Assembly (NCBI GenBank): GCA_951406725.2 | Contig: OX597826.1 | Coordinates: forward strand, 66,402,001-66,466,000 | Reading direction: 5' to 3' | Length of the DNA stretch: 64,000 nucleotides | Source: Octopus vulgaris | Lineage: Eukaryota | Part shown: positions 1-11,519 of the stretch, piece by piece | How positions within the stretch are numbered: the stretch's first letter is position 1 | How the letters are laid out: each line of letters begins with the position of its first letter | Position numbers and translations under genes: made by a program | The notes under the pieces: generated by a model | Databases searched by the model: none | Told to the model about the DNA's origin: nothing | The model's input: the letters and a program-made list of their open reading frames with translations, nothing else

Positions 1-172
1 CACAACCGATGATGGGGTGTTTACGTCTCCGAGACTTAGCAGTTCGGCAAAAGAGACCGATAGAATAAGTACTAGGCTTACAAAGAATAACTCCTGGGCT
101 CGATTTACTCGACTAAAAAGGCGGTGCTCCAGCATGGCCACAGTCAAATGACTAAAACAAGTAAAAGAGTAA
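1..172 (+). mobile_element. SINE family A, 3' part
   Basis: Matches the 3' half of the near-complete copies at 57975-58395 and 22099-22590 (caaccgatg..gtttacgtc..ttcggcaaaagagaccgatagaataagtactagg..ggcggtgctccagcatggcc..aaacaagtaaaagag). Confidence 0.9.
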
Positions 173-180
173 GTAAATGA

Positions 181-312
181 GTGGAAATCGGACCGGTGTG
201 TGTGTTAAATAATAATACACTAAAAGACTCTCCCCAGACACAATAAAATATGTTTCATCACACGAATCCACATAAAGAATCTTACAAATAAAATACAAAA
301 ACGAAATAAAAT
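181..312. repeat. Unclassified interspersed repeat, reverse-complement homolog of 63040-63240
   Basis: gactctccccagacacaataaaatatg..cacacgaa..taaagaatctt matches the reverse complement of 63060-63120. Confidence 0.6.
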
Positions 313-370
313 ATTTTAATTTTTCATTATACAATTCCCAATAATCTTTAATCATAAAAATACAATAGGG

Positions 371-695
371 TTATTTACATTATTTACATTTGACGGATAT
401 TTGTCTTCATCTTGTTTGTTGTTAAAACAATATTTCGGCTGGTATACTCTCCATCCTTCATCAGGTGTCCTGGGGAAATTTCGAACCTGGATTGTCATTC
501 CTAAGGTATTCTTCCGATGTTATTATTATTCAGGTAATTACCTGGAATCGAACTCGGAATCTTGGGGTTTGTTGCCTGCGCTCTTAACCATTACGCCATA
601 TGCCGAAACGTTGTGTTAACAAGAAACAAGATGAGGACAAATATCCGTCAAGTGTTAATAATGTACATAATTCCCCATCTCTCAAATATAGAACT
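371..695 (-). mobile_element. SINE family D (tRNA head + hammerhead tail) with an inverted copy of its own tail at the 5' end
   Basis: Minus-strand 602 to 371: tRNA-like head (TGGCGTAATGG A box, GAGTTCGATTCC B box), then HHR-like motif 424-469. Plus-strand 602-695 repeats the tail (gccgaaacgttgtgttaac..gatgaggacaaatatccgtcaa..tatagaact). Confidence 0.85.
424..469 (-). ncRNA. Decayed minimal type I hammerhead motif (SINE D)
   Basis: Minus strand GACAC-CTGATGA-A-GGATGG..CCAGCC-GAAA-TATT-GTTTT. The CUGANGA/GAAA core is intact; stems I and III are mutated. Confidence 0.55.
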
Positions 696-700
696 ATCGT

Positions 701-930
701 GGCACTCCGTCGGTTACGTCGACTAGGGTTCCAGTTGAACTGATCAACGGAACAGACTGCTCGTGAAATTAACGTGCAAGTGGCTGAGCACTCCACAGAC
801 ACGTGTACCCTTATCGTAGTTCTCGGGGAGATTCAGCGTGACGCAGAGTGTGAAAAGACTGGCCCTTTGAAATATAGGTACAACAGAAACAGGGGGAAAG
901 AGAGAAAGTTGTGGTGAAAGAGTACAGCAT
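701..930 (-). mobile_element. SINE family C/E-type 3' portion
   Basis: Reverse complement of the 3' part of the full copy at 25444-25822 (..cgtaaccgacggagtgcc). Confidence 0.85.
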
Positions 931-945
931 ATATATATATACATA

Positions 946-1111
946 TGACAGGTTTCTTTTAGTTTCCGTCTACCAAATCCTCTCACCAGGCTTTGGTCGG
1001 CCCGAGGCTCTAGTTGAAGGACACTTGTCTAAGGTGCTGCGCAGTGGGACCGAACCCAGAACCATGTAGTCGGAAAGCAAATTTCTTACCACACGTCCAC
1101 GCCTGCGCCTA
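946..1111 (-). mobile_element. SINE family A, 5' half
   Basis: Reverse complement of the aggcgcagg..gtgtggtaag..ggttcggtcccactgcg..gatttggtagacggaaact head. Confidence 0.85.
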
Positions 1112-1124
1112 TAAAATGAACAGA

Positions 1125-1196
1125 TGATTCGGGCGGGAGTCGAACCTGTATCGACTGCTTGGAAGGCAACCATGTTAACAATTACACCACCGTCGC
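1125..1196 (-). pseudogene. tRNA-Gly(TCC) pseudogene
   Basis: 72 nt: GCGACGGTGGTGTAATTGTTAACATGGTTGCCTTCCAAGCAGTCGATACAGGTTCGACTCCCGCCCGAATCA. The anticodon arm TTGC-CTTCCAA-GCAG and T-loop GGTTCGACTCC resemble metazoan Gly-TCC tRNA. There are three acceptor-stem mismatches and a broken T stem. Confidence 0.8.
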
Positions 1197-2197
1197 CCCA
1201 CACAAGTAAATGTGTGCGAGCTGTTCTGGTTATTCTTCGCGTTTTGCCAATTTGTACGTAACGCCTAGTATTTTTGTGTTCCGTGTGTGCGGCATCTCTA
1301 TGTTATTGGCTATGATTGACAGAGGCGGACCCAAAGGGGGTGGTGGTGCTGAGGGGAACGTGCCACCTCCTCCTCAAGAAAAGAAATGCTCGCTTCTAAA
1401 TAATGTTGTTATGCCTTTTTCTCCTGGAATTGTATTCCCTTCTGACATTGTGTCCGCCTTTCGAAAAATTCCTGAGACCGCGCCCGACTGACTCTTGTAT
1501 TTGATGCTCCATGTCACTGCTTCCCAATCATTTCATCCCCTATAAACCCCTTTGGTTCCTATTTTATTCGGGTGGATCCCCATAACCATTCCTAGTATTA
1601 AAAATCTTATTGTATTTTTATAGTTGAATATTTTTAGGAATTGTATCGATGCCAATATGCAAAAGTGTCGTAAATCCAAAACGTTGCTTTTGTCAGAAAA
1701 CAACAAAAAAAAAAATAGTTTCACCATTCCATTTCATTTTACATTAGCAACAGTTTCAACTTAACAATAATACTTTGTTGGGTGCATAAAATCGAAACTC
1801 CATGCATGTTTGATATTTCCAGTCAGAAATAGTTTTGCAAAACTGTCGTTTGTGGGACTTACTACATTTTGCAAAATGCTAAACTGTTGTACTACACTTT
1901 GACAATTTTTCATATCATGGCATCTGAAACAGCTGGAGATACGATAGTTTGACCAAAAGAACCTGTGATTGCAAACAAAGTTAAATATTGAAAAAAAAAA
2001 CGAAAAAAAAAACGCATTTGGCCAAATTTGGACATACGCCAGTTTAACATAATAGCAATGGTATAAAGAAATTGTTAAAATGTTTTGTGTACTGTAAACG
2101 TATAAACAACTTATATGTCAACAACAGAATCTTATATGGGTCCCTAAGGGTCATTATGGACCCCGGTTGACAATCCCCGCTGTGTACTGTTGTTGCT

Positions 2198-2597
2198 ATT
2201 TGTTTGTTTGTTTGTTGAGCGAAGCGGTCTTCGCCCCAGAGCTCACAAGATCGCGCCTCTGTAGTGGGAAAAGTCCGAAACGTGGTCCTTTGCTATTCGT
2301 AAGAGCCGCAGAAGAGAAAGCAGGTCAACCCCCGACATCGAGAGCATCGACGGATGGATGAATGCGCATCCAGGCTCAGCGCTTGCGTAGGAAGTTGGGG
2401 ACAAGAAACAGGAAGAAAGAGTGAGAGAAAGTTGGAGCGAAAGAGTACAACAAGGGTCGCCACCACCTCCTGCCGGAGCCTTTTGGAGCTTTAAGTGTTT
2501 TCGCTCAATAAACACACACAACGCCCGGTCTGGGAATCGAAACCGCGATCCTCCGACCGCGAGTCCGCTGCCCTAACCACTGGGTCATTGCGCCTCT
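2198..2597 (-). mobile_element. SINE family C (tRNA head), full length, tail type 1, with TSD
   Basis: Head (g)gaggcgcaatgacccagtggttagggcagcggactcgcgg..ggtttcgattccc; (caaa)n end; 15-bp direct repeat tactgttgttgctat at 2185-2199 and 2597-2611. Confidence 0.9.
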
Positions 2598-2733
2598 ACT
2601 GTTGTTGCTATGAAGAGGTACTGTGGATTTGGTAGGTATTACTTTAAGCCTGTTTTTGTGGAGCTTAGCTTTCAGGACGATTTAAAAAGTATTTAAGCAA
2701 TTGTGCAGCTGTAACTGGAGAAGAACGGAGGGA

Positions 2734-2923
2734 TTGTGTGTGTATGTGCGAGAGTGTGCGCGCGCGAGTGTGTGCATGTTTGTATGCATGTATGTGGTGT
2801 GGTGTGTGTGTGTGTGTTTGTGTATGTGTGTGTGTGTTTGGGTATGTGTGTGTGTGTGTATGCGTGTGTGTGTGTGTGTGTGTTTGTGTATGTGTGTATG
2901 CGTGTGTGTCTGTCTCTGTGTGT

Positions 2924-2972
<49 letters not shown>
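2734..2972. repeat. (TG)n microsatellite, degenerate
   Basis: Visible directly. Confidence 0.95.
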
Positions 2973-2974
<2 letters not shown>

Positions 2975-3087
2975 ATGTCATCTGCCTATAAAGCAGCCTG
3001 TATGTTTTGTGGAGATGTACGAATATCGCGTAATTATGTAGATGAAAAGCGTAGGTGAAAGGAAGAATAACTATTTTATTCTTTGAA

Positions 3088-4670
3088 AGCGGCGAACTGG
3101 CTGAATCGTTAGCACGCCGGGCAAAATGCTTAGTGGCGTTTCTTACGTCTTTACGTTCTGAGTTCAAATTCCGCTGAGGCCGACTTTGCCCTTCATCCTT
3201 TCAGGGTCGATAAATTAAGTACCAGTGAAACACTGGAGTCGACGTAATCGGCTTACCCACTGAGCCGAATTTGCTGGCCCCGTGCCAAAATTTTGAAATC
3301 ATCCTTTGAAGGCAGCAAATTGACAGAATCGTTAGATCGCCGGGCAATCCGTTCTAAAAGTTGCGTTTTGGGAGTGTTGCTCTTGTACACTTCCATAGGC
3401 TTGGCGATCTAACTCCTAGTTTGTCAGGTCAAGATTATCTTAAGGAGGAGTTGAACATTTTTCTTTGTAGTTTTGTGGGAAGTAGTGTTTCTGGCTTTGC
3501 TGATGTGGATGGCTTTTAGAACGGTTCGGGTCGGAATTTACTTTTGGTAGTGTGTAAGTCAGTACTGTGCATGGAGATGTGACAAAAAAATGGTCCAGGT
3601 AAAGGTTAGAAACAGCGAGTGAGGAGAACATCCTACACGATTGCTCGATCTACAAGAAATTGCAGCTAAATCTTCCTTAAATGCTATCCTGCCGTTTTCA
3701 AAGAAATTGTTAATGGTAAATAAACTAATATTGGTTTCATAATTTTGCTACAAAGCGAGCAAGTTCGGGGGAGTTACTTATTTCATCGACCCCGAAAAGA
3801 TGAAAGGCAAAGTCAGCCTGAGCGGAATTTGAGCTCCGAAATACCTATTTCTTTACTACCCACAAGAGGCTAAACACAGAGATGACAAACAAGGACTGAC
3901 AGACGGATTAAGTCGATTACATCGACCCCAGTGCGTAACTGGTACTTAATTTATCGACCTCGAAAGGATGAAAGGCAAAGTCGACCTCGGCAGAATTTGA
4001 ACTCAGAACGTAACGGCAGACGAAATACCACTAAGCATTTCGCCCGGCGTGCTAACCTTTGTTATTTCTTTATTGCCCACAAGGGGCTAAACATAGAGGG
4101 GACAAACAAGGACAGATAAACGGATTAAGTCGATTACATCGACCCCAGTGCGTAACTGGTACTTATTTAATCGACTCCGAAAGGATGAAAGGCAAAGTCA
4201 GCCTGGGTGGAATTTGAACTCAGAACACAAAAACAGACGAAATATCACTAAGCATTCTGCCTTACGTGCTAACGATTCTGCCAGCTCGCTGCCTGCAAGG
4301 GATAAATATTGCTTTCAAATTTTAGCACAATGCCAGCAGGTCCAGGGTAGGGGACCTCAGTATTCAAAAGGTACTTATTTTATCGACCCCGAATGATGAA
4401 AGGCTAAGTCGACCTCGGCGGAATTTGAACTTAGAACATAAAGACTGACGAAATGCTGCTAAACATTTTGCCCGGCGATCTAACGATTCTGTCAGGACAA
4501 AATGCTTAGCAGTATTTCTTCCGACTTTTTTTACGTTGGGTGTTCAAATCCTGCCGAGGTCCACTTTGCCTTTCATACTTTCGGGATTGATGATATGAAG
4601 TACAAGTCAAGAACTAGGATTACTGTAATCGACCAGTCTTCCTACTTCGAAAATTACTGGTTTTGTACCA
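3088..4670. mobile_element. Cluster of SINE family B copies (+ 3088-3300, - array 3730-4495, + 4495-4670)
   Basis: Recurrent core ttctgagttcaaattccgccgaggtcgactttgcctttcatcctttcggggtcgataaattaagtaccag on both strands. Confidence 0.9.
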
Positions 4671-4750
4671 TGCAATGAACCGGCGTCCCGTCTAGAAAGA
4701 ATGGTGTGATGTCAGTGACTTTACGCAATGAAAACCGATGCAGCTAGGCC

Positions 4751-4900
4751 CCAGTGACGTCGCAACTCCTTTCTATAGCTGAGTGAACTGAAGCAACGTG
4801 AAGTAGTGTGGTCGCTCAAGAACACAGCGACCAGCCCGGTCCGGGAATCGATCTCACTATCTCATGATTTTGAGCCCGACGCTCTAACCACTGAGCCATG
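4751..4900 (-). mobile_element. SINE family E head/body
   Basis: Minus strand catggctcagtggttagagcgtcgggctca..tcgattcccggaccgggc..ttcactcagct; homologous to 6013-6161. Confidence 0.8.
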
Positions 4901-5431
4901 GTATGGAGTAGTGATGTCCGTTATAATATATGAGGGAATGCAGAAAGTTCTTGGATTTGGGTAAAATAGAATACAGGAGAATCAGTTAATTATGATATTG
5001 GGTTGTCCGCAAAGTTCGTGCTGATTTATAGTAGGTTACCTTTCGACTTACCCTCCCAGGCACCTCAATTCTGGGAAGAGGGTATTTTCAAGTTAAAGGA
5101 AAGATGGAGACGCATTGTGCAACAAAATGGTTCATATTTGGTTGATTAAAAATGTAATGGCAAGTTATGATTTCTGAGGCTGAAGGAAAAAATCAAAAGC
5201 ATATCTAACTGAATGGAGCGTGTTTGGTATGGAATAAAAAAGTTAAAAAAACCCTTCGGTCTTGAATGACCATATGATTGCATCTAGAAAGCTCCCCTCC
5301 GAAGCACAAGTCCGGGCAAGGTTAAAAAAACTGCCATTAAAAATTGGGTTATCTTCCCACTAAAAAAATTAGTTAACGTGGCGACAAGAGATTGGATTAA
5401 AGGAGTTAGTTTTGATTCCTTCAACACATTA

Positions 5432-5710
5432 CAGTTCTATATTTAAGAGATGAGGAATTATGTACATTATTTACATTTGTCTCCATCTTGTTTGTTGTTA
5501 ACACAACGTTTCGGCTGATACACCCTCCATCCTTCTTCAGGTGTTTTGGGGAAATTTCGAACCTGGGTTCTCATTCCCAGGGTATTTTTCGATGTTGTTG
5601 TTGTTGTTATCATTTTTATAATCATCATTATTGTTATTCAGATCACTGCTCGGAATCGAACTCGGAATCTTGGGTTTTGTAGCACGCGCTTTCAACCTCT
5701 ACGCCATATA
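5432..5710 (-). mobile_element. SINE family D (tRNA head + hammerhead), near full length
   Basis: tRNA-like head at about 5710-5650, (aat/aac)n spacer, HHR 5500-5545, tail ending cttaaatatagaactg. Confidence 0.9.
5500..5545 (-). ncRNA. Minimal type I hammerhead ribozyme motif (SINE D)
   Basis: AACAC-CTGAAGA-A-GGATG(10 nt)CAGCC-GAAAC-GT-T-GTGTT: perfect 5-bp stem I, intact core, stem II with one mismatch, palindromic minimal stem III (AACGTT), GUU site. Confidence 0.75.
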
Positions 5711-6370
5711 TTTGGCCTCCTCAATAGGCATTGAATGATTTGTTATAAAAATGTTATTAGATTCAGCAAGATGTTTAATTTTTTTTCTGTTTCCATGTTT
5801 ATTTATTCTTAAAGTTTTCATGTTCATTAATCTTTTAGTTTTCATGTTTACCAATACTTCCCGTAAAACGGGAGGGGGGGGGGAGATACCCCAATTTTTA
5901 ATGGGGGTGAGATAACCAAATGGCACCAGCTATTAATGGAAGACTAGCAGTCTTCTCTCTCCACACCACTGATGTTATCCAAGGGAAAGGCAACAGTAGA
6001 TACAGCTTGGCACCAGTGACGTCGCAACTCATTTCTACAGCTGAGTGAACTTAAGCAACGTGAAATAAAGTGGTCCCTCAAGGACACAGCGACCAGCCCG
6101 GTCCGAGAATCGATCTCACTATCTCATGATTGTGAGCCCGACGCTCTAACCACTGAGCCATGGTATGGAGTAGTGATGTCTATTATAATATACGAGGGGG
6201 CGCAGAAAGTTCCTGGATTTGGGTAAAAGAGAATACAGGAGAATCAGTTAATTATGATATGGGTATGGGGGCCCAGCTGAGTGAAATAGGAATCAAAGGG
6301 GTCTACAGGCAAAAAATGGCTGAGAACCACTGTTATACAACCTTGAGGTATGGCCTTTCATGCTGCGATA

Positions 6371-6599
6371 TATTGGGTTGTCCGGAAAGTTCGTGCCGAT
6401 TTATAGTAGGTTACCTTTCGACTTACCCTCCTAGGTACCTCAATTCTGGGAAGGGGGTATTTTCACGTTAAAGGAAAGATGGAGACGCATTGTGCAACAA
6501 AATGGTTCATATTTGGTTGATTAAAAATGTAATGGCAAGTATTTATTGACCTTTTTCTTTCCTTTAAAAATCGGCACGAACTTTCCTGACCACCCAATA
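6371..6599 (+). mobile_element. Mariner-derived MITE
   Basis: TIRs tattgggttgtccggaaagttcgtgccgattt / aaatcggcacgaactttcctgaccacccaata. The interior retains a mariner C-terminus (LKERWRRIVQQNGSYLVD*). A partial second copy lies at about 4997-5165. Confidence 0.85.
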
Positions 6600-7239
6600 T
6601 ATCTCCCTCTCAGATTCACAAACTTATTGCAGCGACCCTTAAGTTTTTCATAGCCCAGTAAAAGAACTCGGAAGGTTGGGCCTCCAATCAAGCCTTTCGC
6701 GACGCCCTTAAAGCTAGGGACCTTTCAGCACTCCCTCGTACAGTAATCAAATATAACGCAGTGAAGTTTAGTGCTGTGTGGTACGGCCTAATGTACTGTG
6801 ACACAAATCAGTGTTATATAATATATTGATGTGTAGTGTAGAGCTGTGATGTGCCAAGGTGGGGTGCCCCAGCATGGTCGCAAGCCACTGAAACGAGTAA
6901 AAGGTAAAAGGTAAACGGTAAAAGGTAACTTGCCACTCGTTAATTATTATTCCATTATTCCAGTCTTCTAGTATTCTAAGGGTCCGGTATTCCAATATTT
7001 TTATATTGACCAATATTTTAAAATTGTATTAGTTTCCCTAAAGAAAAAGAAAATAAGGTTGTGTCCTTCCCTCTGGCGCAAAGTAAGGGCAATGTCACAT
7101 TGTCATGGCTATTGCTGCTGTTGTTGTTGTTGTGAAATTGTACACCTCGGTACATGTGTACTGACATCAACAATCGACTTATATGTCACCCTACCAGAGA
7201 TGAGGGCACGTTGAACTCTACATATCCTGTCTTCACACG

Positions 7240-7342
7240 CATATATGCACACTCACTCACTCACACACAAAAACACACACACGAATAATCTCTCTCTCTC
7301 TCTCTCTCACTCTCGCCCCACCTCACACATGAACACTCTCTA

Positions 7343-7381
<39 letters not shown>

Positions 7382-8275
7382 TATAAAAGCATTCGAATAA
7401 ATAGTGTGTAAATATACGTACACATTCACACATTCTTTCTCTTACTCATAATCACTTATACACACACACACAAACACACACACACACACATATACGCGCG
7501 TGTGTGTGTTTTTGTGCGTGCATATATACTTATACATACACACGGATCTATCTATCTATATATCTATCTATCTATCTATCTTTATGTATTCGCTTGCACA
7601 CACACATAAACACATAAATACATATACACAGTTATACATTCACACAAACATGCTATATACCTATGGTCATTTATATATGCACATACACATCCAGGCAGTT
7701 GCTACACACACACACACACACTCTTTTTCTCTACCCCTCCCCCACACACTCTTAAACACGCAGACACACACATACACACACATACACACAAGCACACATA
7801 GAAAGTGATACATATACATTTTCACACACTAGCACATACACTCATACATACATCCACACACGCATTCATACACATGTATACTCACACACGCACACACACT
7901 CTCTCTCATTTACACACACACACTCACACATATTCACACACTCAAACACACATATACATTTACACGCTCAGACTCACGCACGCATTCATACACACACATA
8001 CTCACACACACACACTCTCTCACACACACATGCTCTCTCTCTCTCTCTCACACACACACGCATATATTCACACACTCAAACACGCACACACATACACAAG
8101 ATCACACATTCACACATCCACACACATTCTCTCCCTCACACACACACACGCACCTATACATATTAACACACTCAAATATTCACATATATTCACACACACA
8201 CACACACACACACACGATTACACACTCACACACACACACACACGCACACACATACATATATTCACGTACGCACAA
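7240..8275. repeat. Degenerate (CA)n/(CT)n array
   Basis: Visible directly. Confidence 0.95.
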
Positions 8276-8339
8276 CCGACATTATATGCGGGTCAGGGAC
8301 AAACCTAGCATACGTGTACTAACAGAAGCTCTGACCTGA

Positions 8340-8460
8340 TGTTCTTGTTGTTGTTATTAGTTGTGGTAATATTGGTGGAGGTGGTGGTGGTAGTGGTGGT
8401 GGTATCTGCGTTCGTAGTGGTAGCAGTGAAGATGGAGGCGGTAGTGTTCGTGGTGGTAGG

Positions 8461-8513
<53 letters not shown>

Positions 8514-9070
8514 TGGATGATTTTAAAGGGTGGTGGTGATGGTGGTGGTGTTGGTGTTGCAAAAGGTAGTGGTGGTAGGAGTAAGGATGGTTGTAGTAAC
8601 GTTGGTATGCGTGGTGGTAGTGGCGATATTAGCGTTGTTGTTGTTATTGTTGTTGTTGGTGGTGTTGGTCGTTGTAATGGTCGTGTTAGTGGCGTTGGTG
8701 TCGGTTTTAGTAGTGGCTGTGGTGGTGGTGGTCGTCGTGGTCGTGGTTGTGGTGATCGCGGTGGTAGTGGTGGTGGTCGTAGTGATGTTGGCTGTGGTGC
8801 TGGAGGTAGTGTTGGTCGTAATGGTCTTGTTAGTGGTATTGGCGTCAGCTTTTCGTATAGGTGGTAGTGGTAGTGGTGGTAACTGTGGTGGTAGCGCGAG
8901 TAAAGCTGGTAGTAGTAACATTAGTATCGGTATTGGTTGTGGTTTGGGTGATAGTATTAATGATGTAGTTGTTGGTGGTGGTCTTGAGTTTGGTATAGGT
9001 GGTAGTGGCGGTGGTAGTACTTATGCTGGTGGTGTTTTAGTGGCAGCGATGGCGGAGGTGGTTGTGATAT
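8340..9070. repeat. Degenerate (GGT/GAT/GTT)n trinucleotide array
   Basis: Visible directly; source of the poly-V/M/G/T ORFs. Confidence 0.95.
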
Positions 9071-9079
9071 TAATTACAA

Positions 9080-9850
9080 ATCTTGGCACAAGAGCAGCAA
9101 TTCCAGGAGAGGGTTAAGTCAAATATATCAACCCCAGTGCTCAACTGGTTTTTGTTTTTATCGATCTCGAAAGAATGAAAGACAAAGTGAACCTAGGCGG
9201 AATTTGAACTCAGAGCGTAAAGGATCACTCCGTCGGTTACGACGACGAGGGTCCCAGCTGATACAATCAATGGAACAGCTTGCTCGTGAAACTAACGTGC
9301 AAGTGACTGAGCAACCCACAGACATGTTCACCCCTAACGTAATTCTCAGGGAGACAGCGTGACACAGAGCGTGGCAAGGCCGGTCCTTTGAAATACAGGT
9401 ACAGCTCATTTTTGCCAGCTGAGTGGACTGGAGCTATGTAAAATAAAGTGTCTTGCTCAAGGACACGACGCGTCGCTGGGAATCGAACTCACGACCTTAC
9501 AATCTTGAACTGAATGCCCTAACCACTAAGTCACGCACCTTCACAATAACAACAAGGACGACAGCCACTAAGCCACGCGCCTTCTCAGAGCGTAGAGACG
9601 GACGAAATGCCGTCAAGCATTTTATCCGGCGTGCGAACGATTTCCCCAGCTCGTAGCCTTAGAGGTGCTGGTTGAGATATTCTTTTCTATTCTAGGCACA
9701 AGGCCCGAAATTAAATCGACCCCAGTACGCAACTGGTACTTATTTTATCGACCTCGAAAGGATGAAAGGCAAAGTCGACATCAGCGGAATTCGAACTCAG
9801 AACGTAAAGACAGACGAAATACTGCTAACGATTCTGCCAGCTCGCCGGCT
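9080..9850 (-). mobile_element. SINE B copies with a nested SINE (E-type head, type 3 tail, about 9226-9542)
   Basis: The SINE B core is interrupted after cagagcgta and resumes at 9585. The insert matches the reverse complement of 13346-13672. Confidence 0.8.
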
Positions 9851-9954
9851 TGCAGGTTGAGATAGTGTTTGCTATTTTGATGTTAGTTATTGCTTACCGT
9901 TGTTGTTGTCTTCTTTTTCTTCCAATTAGGACTCATGCCATTAGCCACAAAGAA

Positions 9955-10374
9955 TAATCTCTAATTCGAGCTTACTCTAAGCTACTAAGAATACATGCGG
10001 CAACTTGAAGATCCACCCACCACACGCGATAGAATGGCGGTTGCACGGGCGCGGAAGCTACGTTGCTATCCTCATTCCGTAAACGGTGGCTTTTAACGGA
10101 TGGAGGGCTGAACCATCCTGGGGTACAGGGGACTAGGGTCTGAAAGTTTACCACACCATAGTGGGCTACACCATGACTCCTCTGCTTTGTGGAAGAAGTA
10201 GGAAGAAAGAGTGAGAGAAAGTTGTGGTGAAAGAGTACAGCGGGGTTCAACCCCGCTCCCGCTGGAGTTTTGTGGAGCTTAGCTGTTTTTGCTCAATAAA
10301 CACTCACTGGGAATCGAAACCGCGTTCTTACGACCGCAAGTCCGCTGTCCTAACCACTGGGCCATTGCGCCTCC
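9955..10374 (-). mobile_element. SINE family C, tail type 2
   Basis: Same ggaggcgcaatggcccagtggttagg head and ctgtactctttcaccacaactttctctcactc body as 25444, with an unrelated 3' part. Confidence 0.85.
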
Positions 10375-10749
10375 ACTGTGTTGCTGTCGTTGTTGTTGCT
10401 GCTGTAGTTGTTGTTATTGTGGTAGTGGTAGTGTTAGCGGAGGTGGCATGTGTAGCCTCCAGAAAATCAGTCCCGATCGAATAGTCCTATTCCTTCGCAA
10501 GCATTGGGCTGAAAGAACCAATCTTCATCTCTTCACAGATCCCGACTGGCTGAAGATGGCGCATGGATGCAGCATGATAACCTAGATCTATTGTCTTTCC
10601 TCTACTATCCGGTCAATTTCTATAATCCCGCAGACAGTGATAAATTGTATGAAATACGGACTGATAGTCAAAAGACATTGCATTTGTTCCACAGTTCAGT
10701 GAATATTATTTATAAGCACGCAAATACTGCTCACCCCAAGGTGCAATGA

Positions 10750-10965
10750 CAAATCGTATAGGATGCAGTGTGGCAGTCTGGACATGTTGTACGTTTTCCA
10801 CCATCCAGTCTCTTTCCGTACGCTCGTAGATTTTAGTTGTGGTGGTGGCTTCAGCGGAAGCTGTAAAGTTGAACTCGAATGGAACGCGACAGTCGCTGTG
10901 CTTTTGTGTTTATTTTTGGTGGAGTGCACAACAAGAGAAGCATTCGAAGCGAGTGAGGTAGGCCA
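10750..10965 (-). pseudogene. Possible highly decayed RTE-like LINE C-terminal fragment
   Basis: Minus-strand peptide MSRLPHCILYDL resembles the RM..RLPK.ILY motif of RTE-clade ORFs; little other support. Confidence 0.3.
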
Positions 10966-10992
10966 TTGAGGTTGCAGCCATTTCTCTATGTA

Positions 10993-11213
10993 TTCTTTTA
11001 TTTGTTTCAGTCATTTGGCTGCGGCCGTGCTGGAGCACCGCCTTCAGTCGAGCAAATCGACCCCCAGGACTTATTCTTTGTAAGCCTAGTACTTATTCTG
11101 TCGGTCTCTTTTTGCCGAACCGCTAGGTTATGGGGACGTAAACACATCAGCATCGGTTGTCAAGCAATAGTGGGGGAAACAAACACAGACACATAAACAC
11201 ACACACACACACA

Positions 11214-11253
<40 letters not shown>

Positions 11254-11443
11254 TATATATATATATATATATATATATACGACGGGCTTCTTTCAGTTTA
11301 CGTCTACCAAATCCACTCACAAGGCTTTGGTTGGCTCGAGGCTATAGTTGAAGACACTTGCCCAAGGTGCCACGCAGTGGGACTGAACCCGGAACCATGT
11401 GGTTGGTAAGCAAGCTACTTACCACATAGCCACTCCTGCGCCT
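10993..11443 (-). mobile_element. SINE family A, full length, with internal (TA)n(TG)n
   Basis: Reverse complement of 57975-58395. Confidence 0.92.
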
Positions 11444-11519
11444 ATTATGTTTTTTTATGTTTGTCTGTGCAGATAAACTTCAAATGATTGTTCTGAAATG
11501 TCGTCCCTGCTAATTCGCT

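Larger units (their letters stand above)
5250..6161 (-). mobile_element. SINE family E split by a TIR-like element (about 5334-5904) that itself contains SINE D
   Basis: The SINE tail at 5250-5323 continues at 5936 (compare the uninterrupted 26385-26624). The intervening sequence is bounded by inverted repeats ccattaaaaattgggttatct (5334) and agataccccaatttttaatgg (about 5884-5904). Confidence 0.6.
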
